This document shows positions 1-8,612 of a DNA stretch of 46,021 nucleotides, piece after piece (position 1 is the first letter of the stretch; each line of letters starts with the position of its first letter). The notes beneath the pieces are model-generated. The model was not told where the DNA came from. It saw nothing but the letters and a program-made list of their open reading frames with translations, and did not search any database. This DNA is from a virus (lineage: Duplodnaviria > Caudoviricetes). Made by a program: the position numbers and the translations under genes. The DNA is taken from IMG/VR virus record IMGVR_UViG_3300033475_000050, positions 1 through 46,021 of that record; one strand, 5' to 3'.

Positions 1-708
1 GCCGGTAGCGAGATCAAGATGGTTTACTGCCGCCATGTATCGCCGCCGCCATTCCTTCCCGCTGCCGAGTACGAGACGTTGCGGATATGCCGCCAGAAGT
101 TTCTGTCTGTCGTGGAGCAGCGCGCCATCGCCGACGAGGTCGCGGGCTTCGGTCGCACGCTTTGGCAACAGCATTATTCTTCGTACAACAAGCGCGAAAG
201 CTGGACCGCTTTCGCGTTGCGTGGTTACGTCAAGGAAGATCCCGGCTTCATTATCAAACCAGCCGAAATGTCCAAGGCGTGGAAGGATGAGCACCCCGCG
301 CTTCTCAAGCAGCGGTGCGTAGACGTTAGCGTCCGCTCCGCTTTTCCCGCGACAAACCACGCACTTCGGCGAATTCCGGCCGAGTTCGAGCGCGTCCGCT
401 TCATGCGGCTGGCGCCGAAGGATGGCGAGCTTTCCCGGCACGCCGACATTACGGATCGCTGGGCGGGTACGCGCGACGGCTACATCATGCGACTGCATAT
501 TCCTATTGTCACCAACCCCGCTGTGCGCTTCTCGGCGTGGAACGTGCTTGGTGATCGAATCGATCTGAACTTCCCGCCGCGAAGCCTGTGCTACCTCGAT
601 GTCCGTAAACCCCATACCGTTGTGAATGCGGGCGAGACCGAGCGAATCCACCTTGTGGTCGATGCTATCGCCAACCCAAATCTCCGGCGCTGGTTTGGCA
701 TGGACTGA
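1..708 (+). CDS. Aspartyl/asparaginyl beta-hydroxylase-like 2OG-Fe(II) oxygenase, probably 5'-truncated by the window edge
   Basis: HxD motif (RHADI), RLHIPIVTNP, distal His (PHTVVN) and RIHLVVD. The frame is open from base 1, so the true start may lie upstream of ATG 19. Confidence 0.8.
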   Translation, partial: AGSEIKMVYCRHVSPPPFLPAAEYETLRICRQKFLSVVEQRAIADEVAGFGRTLWQQHYSSYNKRESWTAFALRGYVKEDPGFIIKPAEMSKAWKDEHPALLKQRCVDVSVRSAFPATNHALRRIPAEFERVRFMRLAPKDGELSRHADITDRWAGTRDGYIMRLHIPIVTNPAVRFSAWNVLGDRIDLNFPPRSLCYLDVRKPHTVVNAGETERIHLVVDAIANPNLRRWFGMD

Positions 709-717
709 GGGTATGAC

Positions 718-746
718 TGGGGTGCCAGCTAAAGGAGGGCACCCTA
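718..746 (+). promoter_or_regulatory. Hairpin enclosing the Shine-Dalgarno sequence of the HNH gene
   Basis: TGGGGTGCC (718-726) pairs with GGCACCCTA (738-746). AAGGAGG lies in the loop and ATG 747 follows immediately. Confidence 0.5.
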
Positions 747-1160
747 ATGGCAACCAAGCGACGACGCTCGGCTACGGCGCTTCCTCTGGGTACGCGCCGT
801 GTTTGTCGCAGCGGCTACATCCGAATCAAGGTAGGCGCTGACCACCACCTCGCCATGATTGGCAACGGGTGGGCTTACGAGCATATGGTCGTTATGGAGA
901 AGAAGTTGGGGCGACGCTTGCGCCTCGGCGAGCTAGTTCATCATCGTGATGACAATAAGGGCAACAACAGTCCTCGAAATCTTATGCTGACTTCTCGGCC
1001 CGACCATACGCGGGCACACAACCCGCGCGCCGGAACCGCCTCGTTGTTTTGTGGTCGTGGGCATCGCAAGAGAGTTACCGCGTCGGGAAAGCGCGTGTGC
1101 CGGGTATGTGAGAATCGGAACGAACGCGCACGTTATAGGAGAAAACGCGATGGCCACTAA
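747..1160 (+). CDS. HNH endonuclease (free-standing homing-type)
   Basis: GYIRIK...YEHMVVMEKKLGR...VHHRDDNKGNNSPRNL; C-terminal CxxGH...CxxC; strong RBS. Confidence 0.88.
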   Translation: MATKRRRSATALPLGTRRVCRSGYIRIKVGADHHLAMIGNGWAYEHMVVMEKKLGRRLRLGELVHHRDDNKGNNSPRNLMLTSRPDHTRAHNPRAGTASLFCGRGHRKRVTASGKRVCRVCENRNERARYRRKRDGH

Positions 1161-1701
1161 GAATAACCCCGGGGCTTGGGACTGTTACGCTAACGCGCAC
1201 CCGGACGAACCGATGTTCATTCTTCTTGGTCGCGACAAGCACGCGCCGATACTTGTCCACCTCTGGTCCCTCCTCCGCGAACTGGACGGCGAGGACCCCG
1301 CGAAGATAGCCGAGGCGCACAAGTGTCTTCGCGACATGCTCGCGTGGCTCCGTGACCTCGGTAAGGCTCCGGCGCACAGGGGCGTGTTGATGCACGCGCT
1401 CGCGGTGGATACCATTCGGTTGGAGCGCATAGCGACGCGCATGTTTTCGAGCCACAGCACCGAAGAGGCCGACGTTACCGGCGCGCTGGAGATCATGCGC
1501 GCCTTCGACAACGCGCCGCCACGCGAAGTTATCAACGCCGCGCCGACTTCGGAGTATCACCGACTGGCGGGTATCGCCGCGATCATCGAGGCGGTCGACC
1601 AGCGGTGCCTAGCGGCGGACGGTTCAGTTACGCCGACTCGGTGTGAGATCACCGGCGACGAGCTGCGCCAAATCTACAAGCTCGCGAAGGGCGAATCGTG
1701 A
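1150..1701 (+). CDS. Phage hypothetical protein
   Basis: Start reassigned to ATG 1150 after GGAG. N-terminus KNNPGAWDCYANAHPDEPMFILLGRD resembles a recurrent small phage domain. Confidence 0.65.
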   Translation: MATKNNPGAWDCYANAHPDEPMFILLGRDKHAPILVHLWSLLRELDGEDPAKIAEAHKCLRDMLAWLRDLGKAPAHRGVLMHALAVDTIRLERIATRMFSSHSTEEADVTGALEIMRAFDNAPPREVINAAPTSEYHRLAGIAAIIEAVDQRCLAADGSVTPTRCEITGDELRQIYKLAKGES

Positions 1702-2048
1702 AGACGATTATCGCCGGAGGTCGCGATGTTCGTCTTTCGGCGCGCGACTTCTTCCGCCTTAGTTGTCTTAAGCGCGAGCTTCCTATCACCGAGGTGGTGT
1801 GTGGCACGGCTCACGGCGTCGATACAGACGGCGAGAAGTGGGCGAAGCGCCGAGGTCTCCCCGTCAGGAAATTCTACCCGGACTGGAACAAGCACGGGCG
1901 TTCCGCCGGGCCGATCCGTAACACTGAGATGGCGGCATACGCCGAAGCGCTTGTCGCTTTCCCCGGTGGTGTGGGTACGAACCACATGGTCGAGGTCGCG
2001 ACGCGCCTCGGCCTGAAAGTCATCGACTTCAGGAGATCAAGACAGTGA
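1698..2048 (+). CDS. DUF2493/YspA-like SLOG family protein
   Basis: IIAGGRD, VCGTAHGVD, DWNKHGRSAGPIRNTEM, AFPGGVGT motifs; GTGA-coupled to neighbours. Confidence 0.85.
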   Translation: MKTIIAGGRDVRLSARDFFRLSCLKRELPITEVVCGTAHGVDTDGEKWAKRRGLPVRKFYPDWNKHGRSAGPIRNTEMAAYAEALVAFPGGVGTNHMVEVATRLGLKVIDFRRSRQ

Positions 2049-3133
2049 AGATACAACGCGATGTGTTTCTTGCCACGCTTCGGTTCTTGCGTCCGGCGTT
2101 GGCGGTCAACTCTCAGGTGGAGGGTTTGAACCAGATCTGGTTCAACGGCGAGCGCGCCACCGCCTTCAACGACATCATCGGCATCGAGGTGCCGGTACCC
2201 GACTGCGACTTCGCGGGCGGCGTCAACGGCGCGGCCCTCCTCGGCATGCTGGAGGCCAGCACCGCGAAGGAGGTCGAGGTCGGAGTTAGCACCAAGGACG
2301 GCGAGAGTCTTACGCTAAAGGCCCCGGGCCTCAAGGCAGAGCTTCCAATTGTCCCGGCTGATCGTGCTTTGTTCACTTTCCCCCAGACGGTTCCGACCGG
2401 CTTCGCCATCGACAACGACCTCTTCGACGCTTTCAAGCACGTCGGCATAGCGCTGTCGAGTGCCGGGGAGAACATGGGTGTGACGCTGGCGCCGGAGGAC
2501 GATGTACTCGCGCTCTACGCCAGCGACGGTGCGACGATCGCGTGGGCGCGGGTGCAGAAGCCGAAGAAGGGCTACAAGGCAAAACGGATCGTGCTGTCGC
2601 CCGCTTTCTGCGAGCAACTCGCCGCGCTCAACGCGGGTGGCATGACCTTGTCGATCATCGAGCACAAGGGGTTGGATGACGACGACAGGTCGATGACGTA
2701 CTCCGAAGCGATCGCCTGTGACAACCAGAGCGGCGCCCGGCTCTTCGGTCGACTGGTCGAGGCCAAAGAACTGGACTTCGCGTCGGTGATTGAAGCCAAC
2801 GTCGGCAACGCCAAGAAGGCGGTGACCGTGCCGGAAAAGCTCACCGGCGCGCTGGCTCGCGCCGAGGTTCTGGTGAACGGGGTTCAGCGCAAACCGCTGG
2901 AGGTCGCGACGAAGGACGGGGTGCTTCGGCTTCACCTCAAGTCCGATCTGGGCGAACTCAGCGAAGCGATCAAGCTCGACGGTAAGCCCGCGAATGTCGA
3001 CGGGCTCTTCAACACTGCGCACCTTCAGCGCGGCGTCGGCCGGGCCGAGCGCATGATCGTCGGCGCGGAGTGCTTCGCCTTCCTCGGCAAAGGCGATAGC
3101 GGTTATCTCGTCGCGGTCTGGGTCGGCGCCTGA
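2045..3133 (+). CDS. DNA polymerase III beta-like sliding clamp
   Basis: 362 aa; MKIQRDVF start, LYASDGATIA (ATDG-like), FNTAHL near the C-terminus; sits next to the polymerase and clamp loader. Confidence 0.7.
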   Translation: MKIQRDVFLATLRFLRPALAVNSQVEGLNQIWFNGERATAFNDIIGIEVPVPDCDFAGGVNGAALLGMLEASTAKEVEVGVSTKDGESLTLKAPGLKAELPIVPADRALFTFPQTVPTGFAIDNDLFDAFKHVGIALSSAGENMGVTLAPEDDVLALYASDGATIAWARVQKPKKGYKAKRIVLSPAFCEQLAALNAGGMTLSIIEHKGLDDDDRSMTYSEAIACDNQSGARLFGRLVEAKELDFASVIEANVGNAKKAVTVPEKLTGALARAEVLVNGVQRKPLEVATKDGVLRLHLKSDLGELSEAIKLDGKPANVDGLFNTAHLQRGVGRAERMIVGAECFAFLGKGDSGYLVAVWVGA

Positions 3134-3166
3134 AGCGAGCACGCGTTGCGTGGGGAACAGTACGTC

Positions 3167-5779
3167 ATGGGTTTCTTTGCTGACGGTGATGTTCGTGTGG
3201 CGCCCCGGGGAAAATCCGGGGTGCCCTCCACGCGCCTCCTTCACGAGCTTGGGTGCCGGGCGTGCCCGCTGAACCACGCCAAGGCGCACCACCCGAAGAT
3301 GGCGCCTGTCGGCGCGCATTCGCCGCTGATCTACATTCTCGGTGGTCAGCCCAGCGAGGAGGACGACCTTAAGGGCGCACCCTTCGCTGGCCCGGCCGGT
3401 CAATACCTCCGCGCCAAAATTCCCGGCTCCTATCGCGACAAGATCACATGGGACAATGTGACGCGGGACCGCTCGCCCGGCTTCGCGCCGGATCAGGTTG
3501 TTGTCGAGTGCTGTCGCCCCAACATCATTGCCAGCATCGAAGCGATGAAGCCCAAGGTGATCTTCGGCTTCGGCGACGCGGTGCTCCGCTGGGCCACCGG
3601 CAAATTCGGGATCGCCAACTGGCGTGGCCGAGTACTCCCGGTCAAGATTGGTTCGCACGAGTGCTGGTTCTTCCCGTTCGAGCACCCCGCCGACCTTCTC
3701 CGCATGCGGGCTACGCTCAACCGCAAATACACCGAGGACGAACGGATGTTCGACCTCGACCTCAAGCGCGCGTTCGCGATGATCCCAACGCTCCCGGCGG
3801 CGCATGTCCATACGCTTGAGGAGGCGATGACCGGCATCGAGTGCATTTACGACTGCACCGAGGAGGACGTTACCTACATTGAGGACTTCCTAGCGTGGGC
3901 CGGAGAGCAACCGACCGCTGGTTACGACTACGAAACCAACGGCCTCCGCCCTTATGCTGAGGGCACAAAGCTTCTGTCGGTCGCCATAAGCTCCGCCGGG
4001 AAGACGCTGTCCTTTCCGCTGGAGCACCCCGGCGCCAAATGGACCCCGGACCAACTGGAGCGCGTCTACCTCGCGCTTATTGTTTTCCTCCAGTCGCGCG
4101 CGGTGCGGAAGCGGGTGCACAACCTCGCGTTCGAGCTTGAGTGGACCGGGGTGAAGCTCGGGCGCGAACTCATACGCGCCGGGCGCTGGGACGACACCAT
4201 GTCCCAAGCCTTCATCCTCGATCAGCGCGTCGGCGGCAAGGCGGGTAACCGCGACGACGACGATGGCGTCATGGAATGCTTCGGCCTCGGCTTCCTCACG
4301 CAGCTTTACTTCGGCGTCGACATCAAGACATGGACGCCGATCGACAAGGACAATATGGAGCGTGTGCCGCTCCGCACGTTGCTTCCCTACAACGGCATGG
4401 ACGCCAAATACCACGACCTGCTCGGCGCCGCACAAGAGCGCGCCCTGAAGGCGGAGCGGTTGTGGAACGTCTACGAGAAGAACCACCTTCCGCGCGTCGC
4501 CACAACCGTGCTGACCCAGATGAAGGGCATCCCGGTCAACTTCGACGTCGCCAACGAGTTAGCGGCGAAGTACGACAGCGAGATCGAGCGGTTGGCGAAG
4601 GAGATCGCCGCCAGCGCGGCGGCCAAGGACTTCTTCCGGAAGACCGGTAAGCATTTCAACCCGGCGTCCAACCCGGACATGATTATTATGGTCCGTGACA
4701 TTCTTCAGGAGGCGGTCGGGGAGAAAAAGCGGCGCGACAAAACCGGCAAGGAGCGCACGACGATCAGCGTCGACGAAAAGACGCTCACGAAGATCAACAA
4801 CCACGTCATGCCGCTGACCCTCGACTGGCGCGGCAACAACAAGCTCAGGTCGACCTACTGCTTTACCCCGGACAACCCGGCGGTGTGGCCCGACCTCATG
4901 CTTCACCCGCTCTTCAATACGGTGCGGGCGCGCACCGCCCGGCTCACCTCCAGCGATCCCAACTTCCAGAACATTCCCAAGCGTGACGTTGAGGCCAAGC
5001 GCGTCCGCGAACAATTCGCCGCGTACCTTATGCGGAAGTTCCTCGCCGCCGACTATGGCCAAATCGAAGCGCGAGTCTTCGCCATGGCGTCGAAGGACAA
5101 GGTCTTCACCAAGATGTTGTGGGAGGACTATGACGTCCACGCGGAATGGGCGCGGCGACTCGCGTTAGCCTACCCCGGTGTTGTCGGCGGCCCGCACGGC
5201 TTGAACGACAAGGCGGAGATGAAGAAGCTTCGCGATGCGGTGAAGAGCGCGTGGGTTTTCGCACTCTTCTTCGGCGCCTCGCTGGCCACGTGCTCTAACT
5301 ATCTCAGCATTCCAGAGCATGTACTGGAACCGGTCGAGCGCGAGTTCTGGAGGGTCTTTAGCGGCCTGAAGGACTGGCAAGAGCGCAACGGCGCCTTCTA
5401 CAAGCAGCACGGGTACGTCCAAGGGCTCACGGGGCGCCGCCGGTGCGGCCCGCTCAGCATGAACCAGCAGATCAACACTCCTATTCAGCTAACGGCGGCT
5501 GAGATCGTTATGGACGGTATGTGCCGCATCTCCGAGTTGGATGACTGGGAGTTGCAGCCGGTATGGAACATCCACGATGACCTCGGCTTCCATTTCCTCG
5601 ACAGTGAGATCGAGCAGCGCATGGAGGTTGTCGCGCGGGAAATGGTGAAGGTCACTTTCGACTTCGTGAACGTGCCGCTGGTGGCGGAGATCAGCGTGGG
5701 CGACACCATGTACGGGCTCACCGAGATCGGCAAGATCTCATCCAAGGACTTTGGCCACCGGCCGCCGCCGGGCCTCTAG
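3167..5779 (+). CDS. polA: Family A DNA polymerase with N-terminal uracil-DNA-glycosylase-like domain and 3'-5' exonuclease
   Basis: UDG family-4-like CxxCPL, GAPFAGPAG and HPA; ExoI DYET, ExoII HNLAFE, ExoIII YNGMD; RLTSSDPNFQNIP; motif A DYGQIEAR; motif C HDD. ATG 3167 preferred over TTG 3146. Confidence 0.93.
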   Translation: MGFFADGDVRVAPRGKSGVPSTRLLHELGCRACPLNHAKAHHPKMAPVGAHSPLIYILGGQPSEEDDLKGAPFAGPAGQYLRAKIPGSYRDKITWDNVTRDRSPGFAPDQVVVECCRPNIIASIEAMKPKVIFGFGDAVLRWATGKFGIANWRGRVLPVKIGSHECWFFPFEHPADLLRMRATLNRKYTEDERMFDLDLKRAFAMIPTLPAAHVHTLEEAMTGIECIYDCTEEDVTYIEDFLAWAGEQPTAGYDYETNGLRPYAEGTKLLSVAISSAGKTLSFPLEHPGAKWTPDQLERVYLALIVFLQSRAVRKRVHNLAFELEWTGVKLGRELIRAGRWDDTMSQAFILDQRVGGKAGNRDDDDGVMECFGLGFLTQLYFGVDIKTWTPIDKDNMERVPLRTLLPYNGMDAKYHDLLGAAQERALKAERLWNVYEKNHLPRVATTVLTQMKGIPVNFDVANELAAKYDSEIERLAKEIAASAAAKDFFRKTGKHFNPASNPDMIIMVRDILQEAVGEKKRRDKTGKERTTISVDEKTLTKINNHVMPLTLDWRGNNKLRSTYCFTPDNPAVWPDLMLHPLFNTVRARTARLTSSDPNFQNIPKRDVEAKRVREQFAAYLMRKFLAADYGQIEARVFAMASKDKVFTKMLWEDYDVHAEWARRLALAYPGVVGGPHGLNDKAEMKKLRDAVKSAWVFALFFGASLATCSNYLSIPEHVLEPVEREFWRVFSGLKDWQERNGAFYKQHGYVQGLTGRRRCGPLSMNQQINTPIQLTAAEIVMDGMCRISELDDWELQPVWNIHDDLGFHFLDSEIEQRMEVVAREMVKVTFDFVNVPLVAEISVGDTMYGLTEIGKISSKDFGHRPPPGL

Positions 5780-5790
5780 GAGACAAGATA

Positions 5791-6963
5791 ATGGCTGAGT
5801 ACAAAGACTTCTTCAGCGAGGGCACCATCAAGCACGCTGAAGGCGGCGCGCTCCTCGAAAAGTTCGGTGCGCCTCCCTTCTCGGTGTTCGACGCGCGCTC
5901 CGGGTTCTGGCAAGCGCGCAAGGCGACGTGGCTCGCGCTCGGGATCAAGTCGGAGATCGGGCGCGGGGAGAACCTGTTGAAGATGTCCGACACGGTGCTC
6001 CAGCCCGACCCGAAGAAGCGCGCAAAGAAGGGTCCCAACAAGGCGATCCCCGGCGGTGGCGGGCTCGGAAAGAACAGCGCCTACAAGCTCAAGACCGACG
6101 CGGGCTACAAGAGCGTCAAGGAACTTCAGAACAGGCAAACCGCCAGCCTCAGCAACGGGTCGCTGACGTTCAAGACCACGATCCACCCCTATGACGGACA
6201 AGACGGCGGCACCGCGTCGGCCTCTGGCACTTCGATCTTCGACCCGGTGCTGTGCGACCTCTTCTACAACTGGTTCGTGCCCTATGGCGGGCACATACTC
6301 GATCCTTACGCGGGCGGCTCGGTGCGCGGTGTTGTCGCTGGGCGCCTCGGCTATCGCTACACCGGCTTCGACCTCCGGCCGGAGCAGGTCGAGGCCAATC
6401 GCGAGCAAGGCAAGGCGCTGTGCTCGCCCCGGAAGCTCCGGCGCGGCGAGGTGCCGCCACAGGTGCCGAAGTGGATCGAGGGCGACAGCCTCGGCCTCGA
6501 CAAGCACATCAAGCCGGAAAGCGTGGACGCGGTCTTTTCATGCCCGCCCTACCTTTGGTTGGAGCGCTACAGCGACGATCCGCGCGATCTGAGCACCATG
6601 GACCTCGACGGTTTCATCGACGTCTACAGCCAGACGATCGCCAAGGCCGCCGAAGCCCTGAAGGACGACCGCTTCGCGTGCTTCGTCGTTGGAGAGGTTC
6701 GCGACAAGGACGGCTACTGCACCGCCTTCAGCGACATTACCAACACGTGCTTCGAAGCGGCCGGGCTCCGACTCTACAACCGAGCGGCGCTTATCACCGC
6801 CGTCGGATCGCTGTCTATTCGCGCGGCCCGCATTTTCAACGCGGCGTCGAAGCTGGGCAACGCGCACCAAGAGGTACTGATCTACGTCAAGGGCGACCCC
6901 AAGAAGGCCACCCGCGCAATCGAGGAAGCAGACAAGAAGCGAGACCATGACAGCCAGCGATAA
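5791..6963 (+). CDS. Amino-type DNA methyltransferase (N6-A/N4-C)
   Basis: SAM motif ILDPYAGGSVRG, catalytic CPPY, plus PPFSVFDAR and SIFDPVLC segments. Confidence 0.85.
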   Translation: MAEYKDFFSEGTIKHAEGGALLEKFGAPPFSVFDARSGFWQARKATWLALGIKSEIGRGENLLKMSDTVLQPDPKKRAKKGPNKAIPGGGGLGKNSAYKLKTDAGYKSVKELQNRQTASLSNGSLTFKTTIHPYDGQDGGTASASGTSIFDPVLCDLFYNWFVPYGGHILDPYAGGSVRGVVAGRLGYRYTGFDLRPEQVEANREQGKALCSPRKLRRGEVPPQVPKWIEGDSLGLDKHIKPESVDAVFSCPPYLWLERYSDDPRDLSTMDLDGFIDVYSQTIAKAAEALKDDRFACFVVGEVRDKDGYCTAFSDITNTCFEAAGLRLYNRAALITAVGSLSIRAARIFNAASKLGNAHQEVLIYVKGDPKKATRAIEEADKKRDHDSQR

Positions 6964-7894
6964 CCTCATTACCAAATACCGCCCGCAAGCTCTGGAAGAG
7001 ATCATCGGGCAGGAGGCGTTGGTCGCGTCGCTTCGCGGCGTGATCGAGAAGCGGAGCGCGAGCGCCTTTCTGTTCATCGGCCCGAGCGGGTGCGGCAAGA
7101 CCACGCTGGCGCGCATTGTCGCCGCCATGCTGGGGTGCACCGAGGTCAAGGAGGAGGACGCGGCGACCAACACCGGCATCGACGCGATGCGTCTCATTAC
7201 CTCCGCACTCCAGTACAAGCCGATTGGTGGCGGCGCGAAAGGAATCTTGATCGACGAGGCCCACATGCTTAGCAAGGGCGCGTGGAACTCGCTGCTCAAG
7301 AATCTAGAGGAGCCGCCCGACTGGGCGTTCTGGTTCATTTGCACAACGGACGCCGACAAGGTGCCGAAGACGGTTCTGACGCGGTGCGTGCGGTACGAGG
7401 TAAAGCCGGTCAAGTGGGACGTGCTGGCGAACGACCTCCTCATTCCAATCGCCAACGCGGAACAGATGCAGGCGCCGGATCCGGTGGTGCATGTATGCGC
7501 CCGCATGGCCGAGGGCTCGCCCCGGCAGGCGCTCGCCAACCTCGCGCAATGCGCCGACATTCTCGACCCGACGGAAGCCTCGCGGCTCCTCAGCAAGACA
7601 GTCGACGATGAGAAGGCCGGAATCGACCTCGCTCGGGCGCTGATGAAGGGTCTGAACTGGACGGGTGCGATGCAAATGGTTGCCGCGCTTCAGGAGGCCG
7701 AGGAGAACCCGGAAGGTGTGCGCCGCGTGATATGCGCCTACGCTATGAAGGCGGCCACCGGCGCTAAGGACGCGGCGGCCGCGCAGAAGCCGCTCGCCCT
7801 TCTCCACGCCTTCTCGCAGCCCTTCGCTACCGCTGATGGGTACGCGCCGCTTGTCCTCGCTCTCGGCGGTTTGCTCGCGCGCCGGGGGGTATGA
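6947..7894 (+). CDS. dnaX: Clamp loader AAA+ ATPase (DNA Pol III gamma/tau-like)
   Basis: KYRP, Walker A GPSGCGKTT, Walker B IDEAHML, LLKNLEEPP, TRC (SRC-like), GSPR. Confidence 0.9.
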   Translation: MTASDNLITKYRPQALEEIIGQEALVASLRGVIEKRSASAFLFIGPSGCGKTTLARIVAAMLGCTEVKEEDAATNTGIDAMRLITSALQYKPIGGGAKGILIDEAHMLSKGAWNSLLKNLEEPPDWAFWFICTTDADKVPKTVLTRCVRYEVKPVKWDVLANDLLIPIANAEQMQAPDPVVHVCARMAEGSPRQALANLAQCADILDPTEASRLLSKTVDDEKAGIDLARALMKGLNWTGAMQMVAALQEAEENPEGVRRVICAYAMKAATGAKDAAAAQKPLALLHAFSQPFATADGYAPLVLALGGLLARRGV

Positions 7895-7918
7895 TTAGGC
7901 TAGAGGAGAATTCAGCAC

Positions 7919-8458
7919 ATGCCCCCACTGACACGCAACCGACCAGCGCCGCCCGCGCGCCCCGCCGCCGAGACCCCGTACAACAGGTCGCAGCGACTGC
8001 TTTCTGAGTATCGAACAAAGGTGGAGTTCGATCTGAGTGCGCTTGACGATGCGTGGCTTGGACACTCCGGACTGGTTATCGATGTCGGTAATGAGTACTC
8101 GTTGGCCCAGTCCTACCGCGATGACGCCGAGGCGAACGCCAAGGCGGCCGAAGCCGAGGCTGACGCCAAGTGGCGCACCAAGCTGAAGGACGACAAGCCG
8201 ACCGAGGCGGTTATTCGTAGCAAGATCGCCTTGGACAGCGAAGTACAGAGGCTACAGTCCGCGCACCGCGAGTGGAAGCTGCTCGCCAGCTTGTGGGGCA
8301 ACCTTGTAAAAGGGTTCGACTCACGACAGTACGCGCTTCGGTCCACATCTTCGCTGTGGCAGTCGGGCTACTGGGCCGACAATTCCAGCAAGGCGGGGCG
8401 TCGCGAGGCTGAGGGGCGAATCGCCGCGCAGGTCCGCTCAGCGAGGAACGACGAGTAA
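7919..8458 (+). CDS. UvsY-like recombination mediator (helical protein)
   Basis: Helical, KPTEAVIRSKIALD...GFDSRQYAL pattern; upstream of SSB and RecA. Confidence 0.55.
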   Translation: MPPLTRNRPAPPARPAAETPYNRSQRLLSEYRTKVEFDLSALDDAWLGHSGLVIDVGNEYSLAQSYRDDAEANAKAAEAEADAKWRTKLKDDKPTEAVIRSKIALDSEVQRLQSAHREWKLLASLWGNLVKGFDSRQYALRSTSSLWQSGYWADNSSKAGRREAEGRIAAQVRSARNDE

Positions 8459-8592
8459 TGCACACACTGTATTGGGTTCTGGTGGCGCTTTTGTTTCTTT
8501 TCGTCGCCACGTACGCGTGCACGCATATCGCGGCGCGGGTATGGTTCAAGAAGAAGCGCGAGTTCGTAAACAACCTTCGCTTCCCCACCTAA
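8458..8592 (+). CDS. Small single-pass membrane protein (44 aa)
   Basis: Own translation MHTLYWVLVALLFLFVATYACTHIAARVWFKKKREFVNNLRFPT; TAATG-coupled start; absent from the ORF track. Confidence 0.6.
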   Translation: MHTLYWVLVALLFLFVATYACTHIAARVWFKKKREFVNNLRFPT

Positions 8593-8612
8593 ACTAGAAG
8601 GAGCTTTCTTAC

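Noticed and set aside
2315-3811. Long minus-strand ORFs (also 6538-7596, 8589-9764, 29799-30857, 33227-34594, 40351-41523)
   Set aside because: Antisense shadows of well-supported + strand genes in GC-rich DNA, with no recognisable motifs.
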